A stretch of 63,942 nucleotides of DNA, counting the filler, from Lenisia limosa (Eukaryota > Protista > Breviatea), in NCBI GenBank assembly GCA_001655205.1. It is 15 parts of 15 records of this genome, joined end to end, with 100 filler letters (N's around TTAATTAATTAA, not from the genome) between each part and the next. Parts side by side here need not be neighbours in the genome. Positions count along the whole stretch, not along the records: positions 58,926 to 62,148 come from LPNZ01004831.1; positions 62,249 to 63,942 come from LPNZ01003277.1; 13 more parts are not named here. One strand, written 5' to 3'. Each line of letters opens with the position of its first letter. Position 1 is the first letter of the stretch. Below, in pieces: positions 60,602 through 63,942 of the stretch. A model generated the notes under the pieces. It worked only from the letters and a program-made list of their open reading frames with translations. It was not told where the DNA came from and searched no databases. A program made the translations under genes and the position numbers.

Positions 60602-61953
60602 ATGTCAGGTCTTTCGAGGGAAATCCTGAAATGGCTGCAGGGATTGGACCTGTCGTTCTCAATCAAGGTTCCTAAGCGAGACTTCTCCAACGGATTCCTT
60701 GTTGCTGAGATCTTGAATCGGTTTGCTGGGGCCCTCCATCTTCCTTTCACCTCTTCTATCGTTGCTTTGCTTGTGATTATCGTATACAAGCGTATCTTTT
60801 GTACAAAAATCCGTTTCGATCCCCTTGACCCTGGGATCCTTGTGTTCCCTCTTTTCTATGCTTCTCTTGAATCACGTAATTGGACTGAGGGTACACGTAA
60901 CACTTCTATAAACACGAGTACTACAACCCACTATTTCTAATAGGACAGCTTTGAGATACCTCCTTGTTTTATTTCTCATCATACCGTTTGAAGCAAACAT
61001 TAATATTATATTTTATGTGGATGGTATATCATCTAATTATAGTATATATTTTATATATATATATGTGTGACCATGTTAGGTCTTAACCGATCCAATAAGA
61101 TTTTCCTTCAGAACAATCGCTCAGGACTTCTCACGGTCACTGTCTTTTGAACAAGAAGAAGTAATATACAATATAATATTCCGTAAACAAAAAAATTTTC
61201 TTTCCTTGATTTTCTCATTTGGTCATCTGTTTTTTTTTTTAGCAAGTATTAATACTAGGCCTCTGTGTAATTTATTGCCAAAATATTGCAAAATTTGAAG
61301 TGAGAAATATTGTAATGTAGACTCAATTAAAAATCTAAGGAAACCAATGAATACATTGGGTTACTATAATACAAATTACCATGCCACCACGCTACGTTTC
61401 AATTCAATTCTTCATGGTCTGGCTTTTTTTTAAGTGCTCATTAATTGAACATCGAGAAATCAGGAATATTTCCTGTCAGCAGTGGTAGATTTTGCTGGTC
61501 TTTAGCTGGTTTCCTGCCACCCATGAAATTTTAACTTTACCTTCCCCCCTCCAATTCCCCAGTTACTGTTTTGTGGAGGGAATGCATCCCCAGTATTCAA
61601 GAATGACATTGATGTTGTTTATTCACGAATGACATTGATGTTGTCTAACCCTTGCTCAGGTACTACCCCCAAGATGTATTGATGCATAGTTTCGACAACA
61701 ACAGCGCGGCGATCCGAAAGCAGGACAATTGGCAGCAGCTGAAGAAGTTCTTCAGACGCAAAGGCTTTAATGTCACTGATGATCTGTGTCATAAGGTGGG
61801 AGATTTATGTCAATCTTTATTTGCTCTCACAAAACAGACCATGCTGTGTTATCTTTATATCATCTAATAACCCAGACGATGCACTCTCACGCCGGATCAG
61901 CCGTGGCTCTGATTGAGCTGCTCTACACCAACCTCACAAACAGATCGGTCCAG
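60602..61953 (+). CDS. SPATA4: SPATA4-like calponin-homology (CH_2) ciliary protein (3' partial)
   Basis: Exons give [40 protein letters not shown]|[31 protein letters not shown]...|[23 protein letters not shown], with the L.RE.L.WLQ.LDL, RDFSNG.LVAEI and K.DNW.QL.KF motifs of the SPATA4/SPEF1 CH family. Confidence 0.8.
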
Positions 61954-62268
61954 GTGGGGGAATAATGAGGGATATATAGGAGGCTTCCCTATTGTCATAT
62001 ATCGCTGTCCTACTCGAGTGAAAAAATAGTTTCATACATACCTTATGATTAGGGCTTCACTTCACTTCGAAAAAGACCAGTAAAATATCGATAGTTTTCG
62101 AGGATTTATCGAGAAATTCATTCTTTTTTTTCGAGACCCTACACAGGTNNNNNNNNNNNNNNNNNNNNNNNNNNNNNNNNNNNNNNNNNNNNTTAATTAA
62201 TTAANNNNNNNNNNNNNNNNNNNNNNNNNNNNNNNNNNNNNNNNNNNNCCCCCCCCCCCCCCCCGCAG

Positions 62269-63730
62269 GTTTCCCAAGGCCAACTAGGCGGTAACGCCGA
62301 CCCAACAGACGTCTTCTCATCCGCAATGGAGGTGGTGGAAGCGGTCGTTACGTGGGACTTCTCTGCAGCCTCGAGAATTCCCAACTCTCAAACTGCTGAG
62401 AAGGTGGTTTAGGAGATATAAAACAAGTATAAATTGTTCTTGATTATACTAAGTTCATCATCATATATACTCCGGATGATCATTTTTACCTTAATGTAAG
62501 ACACATTGTGATTCCATAATATCTTCGAATGAAATACCACCATCATATACTGCCACCCCCGCCCTTTTCTATAGTAACCCCAGACAGTCGCATTTGTTTT
62601 ATCTGAATTAACCGATTTAACTCTTGTTTCCATTAAATATCTAGTTTCCATTGTAGTCTAGTTTCAGCATTGGTTGCCTGTTTTGGTTATTGTTTTTTTG
62701 TTCTTTGATATACCTCTTTTTCGTTAAACATCCAATTCACCACACCCCAGACAGTCGCGTTTATGCCCGGAATAGCCTTTCGCGACGCTCTCGTGTGCTC
62801 CAATCCGATTGCAGTTTATGCCAAGGTGTGGGGGATATACGCCAAGGGGTGGGGGGTAGACACCAAGGTTCTTTATTATCCTAGTTTCAATAGAAGCTTT
62901 ACTGCAAANNNNNNNNNNNNNNNNNNNNNNNNNNNNNNNNNNNNNNNNNNNNNNNNNNNNNNNNNNNNNNNNNNNNNNNNNNNNNNNNNNNNNNNNNNNN
63001 NNNNNNNNNATCAATATTTATCGATATTCCGTCTTTTTTGGGCCGAAGGGAACCCCTAATAATGACCCTAACCGCCTTTTTCAGCTCTACTCAGCTGTAC
63101 GACCCAATTTTGAGGCCGGGCAACGAGTACGAGATGTCTTCAGCCATCTGAGTACTTTGAAAGGTGGGGCGTATTCTCGAGTTTTCATCTTTATGGTGTC
63201 TGAGTACTTTGAAGAGGGGAAATTATTAAATGGACATACAATGACCGGAATACGTCTTGACCAATTTGCTCAATGATTTACCAAGGAAAATTTTTCAAGA
63301 CTTCTCCAAAGTGATACGATCATATGGACGAAATTCGAGTTGAAATGTTAACCCATATCCTCTAGTGATCTGATCTATCTTAAGTCTTCACTTCGGTTAT
63401 AATAAAAGACTAAATTCTTGACAATTTTTCAATATCTCGATAACCCCAATAAATTCGCAATATATTCTCAATATATTCTTATTAACTTCGCGAAACCTAT
63501 CAATACAATATGCAGAATGTGTATTACACATTGGGATTACTATTTGGGAGTCACTTCGGTTCGAAAAATACTGGCAAAATATCTATAGTTTTTGAGGATT
63601 TACATGCTAATTGTGCATAATGTAAATTCTGATATTTAACTTACTCAATAGGCACGGTTTTCGAGTCAACCTCTGAACGCGTGGGCTATCTCAAGGTCAT
63701 TCTAGGTGCTGTGTCAGACTTTCTTTCATC
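62269..63730 (+). CDS. Exportin-4-like HEAT-repeat protein fragment
   Basis: Exons give AMEVVEAVVTWDF...|TVAFMPGIAFRDALVCSNPIAVYAK|LYSAVRPNFEAGQRVRDVFSHLSTLK|GTVFESTSERVGYLKVILGAV, which aligns in register with XPO4 ..VLSWNF...P..SWREALL...R......L.QLASLHG.IF.....V.YL..FI. Confidence 0.6.
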
Positions 63731-63942
63731 GTAAGCATGAGAGGGGGGTAATTTTGCAAATAGTGTATGTGCTTTGTTTATTCCTGTTTGTCAAGGGAGG
63801 CCTATTATCTTCTATCACTCACTAAGGCTGCCCTACGTTCCCAAAATAGACTGAATTTCTCGATAAATCCTCGTTATTTTGATGGTCTTTTTCGGACCGT
63901 AGGGAAGCCCTACTCATTACTATCACCACTGTACTTATCTTC

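Noticed and set aside
1-63942. Gene neighbourhood across the window as an operon-like system (e.g. SmD3 with LSm2, or E2 with cullin)
   Set aside because: These genes lie on different scaffolds joined artificially, so adjacency across linkers has no meaning.

Overview
This is not one locus. It is a concatenation of 15 unrelated draft scaffolds joined by 14 artificial 100-bp linkers (N44-TTAATTAATTAA-N44), with many internal N gaps that usually sit next to poly-G or poly-C runs. The DNA is eukaryotic and intron-rich (GT-AG introns, standard code in the one complete gene). It probably comes from a flagellated protist, because it encodes an axonemal dynein intermediate chain and a SPATA4-like protein, and its SmD3 is not animal-like. 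Finer taxonomy cannot be called. Most entries in the supplied ORF track are artefacts of N runs or introns, so genes were rebuilt by hand from splice sites. Genes recognised, mostly partial: a large multi-C2 (copine-type) protein, a cullin C-terminus, SmD3, a complete Ubc4/5-like E2 with Arg at the catalytic Cys85 position, a frameshifted RecQ-like fragment, an SLC35B-type transporter, a spliced DUF6589-like gene, a Furry/Tao3 C-terminal domain, DNAI4/WDR78, a Sushi/CCP-repeat protein, xanthine dehydrogenase, LSm2, SPATA4-like and exportin-4-like. The most unusual signals are in the introns: (1) at least 10 short tandem duplications that copy splice junctions, including an 11-copy array of the 3' splice site in DNAI4; (2) a dispersed repeat that sits in sense orientation directly before 3' splice sites; (3) G-runs after donors and C-runs before acceptors; (4) 27-36 nt micro-introns; (5) dense hAT-like and Tc1/mariner-like MITE families. 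No rRNA, convincing tRNA, CRISPR array or autonomous transposase was seen. All family assignments come from motif recognition by eye, not database searches.
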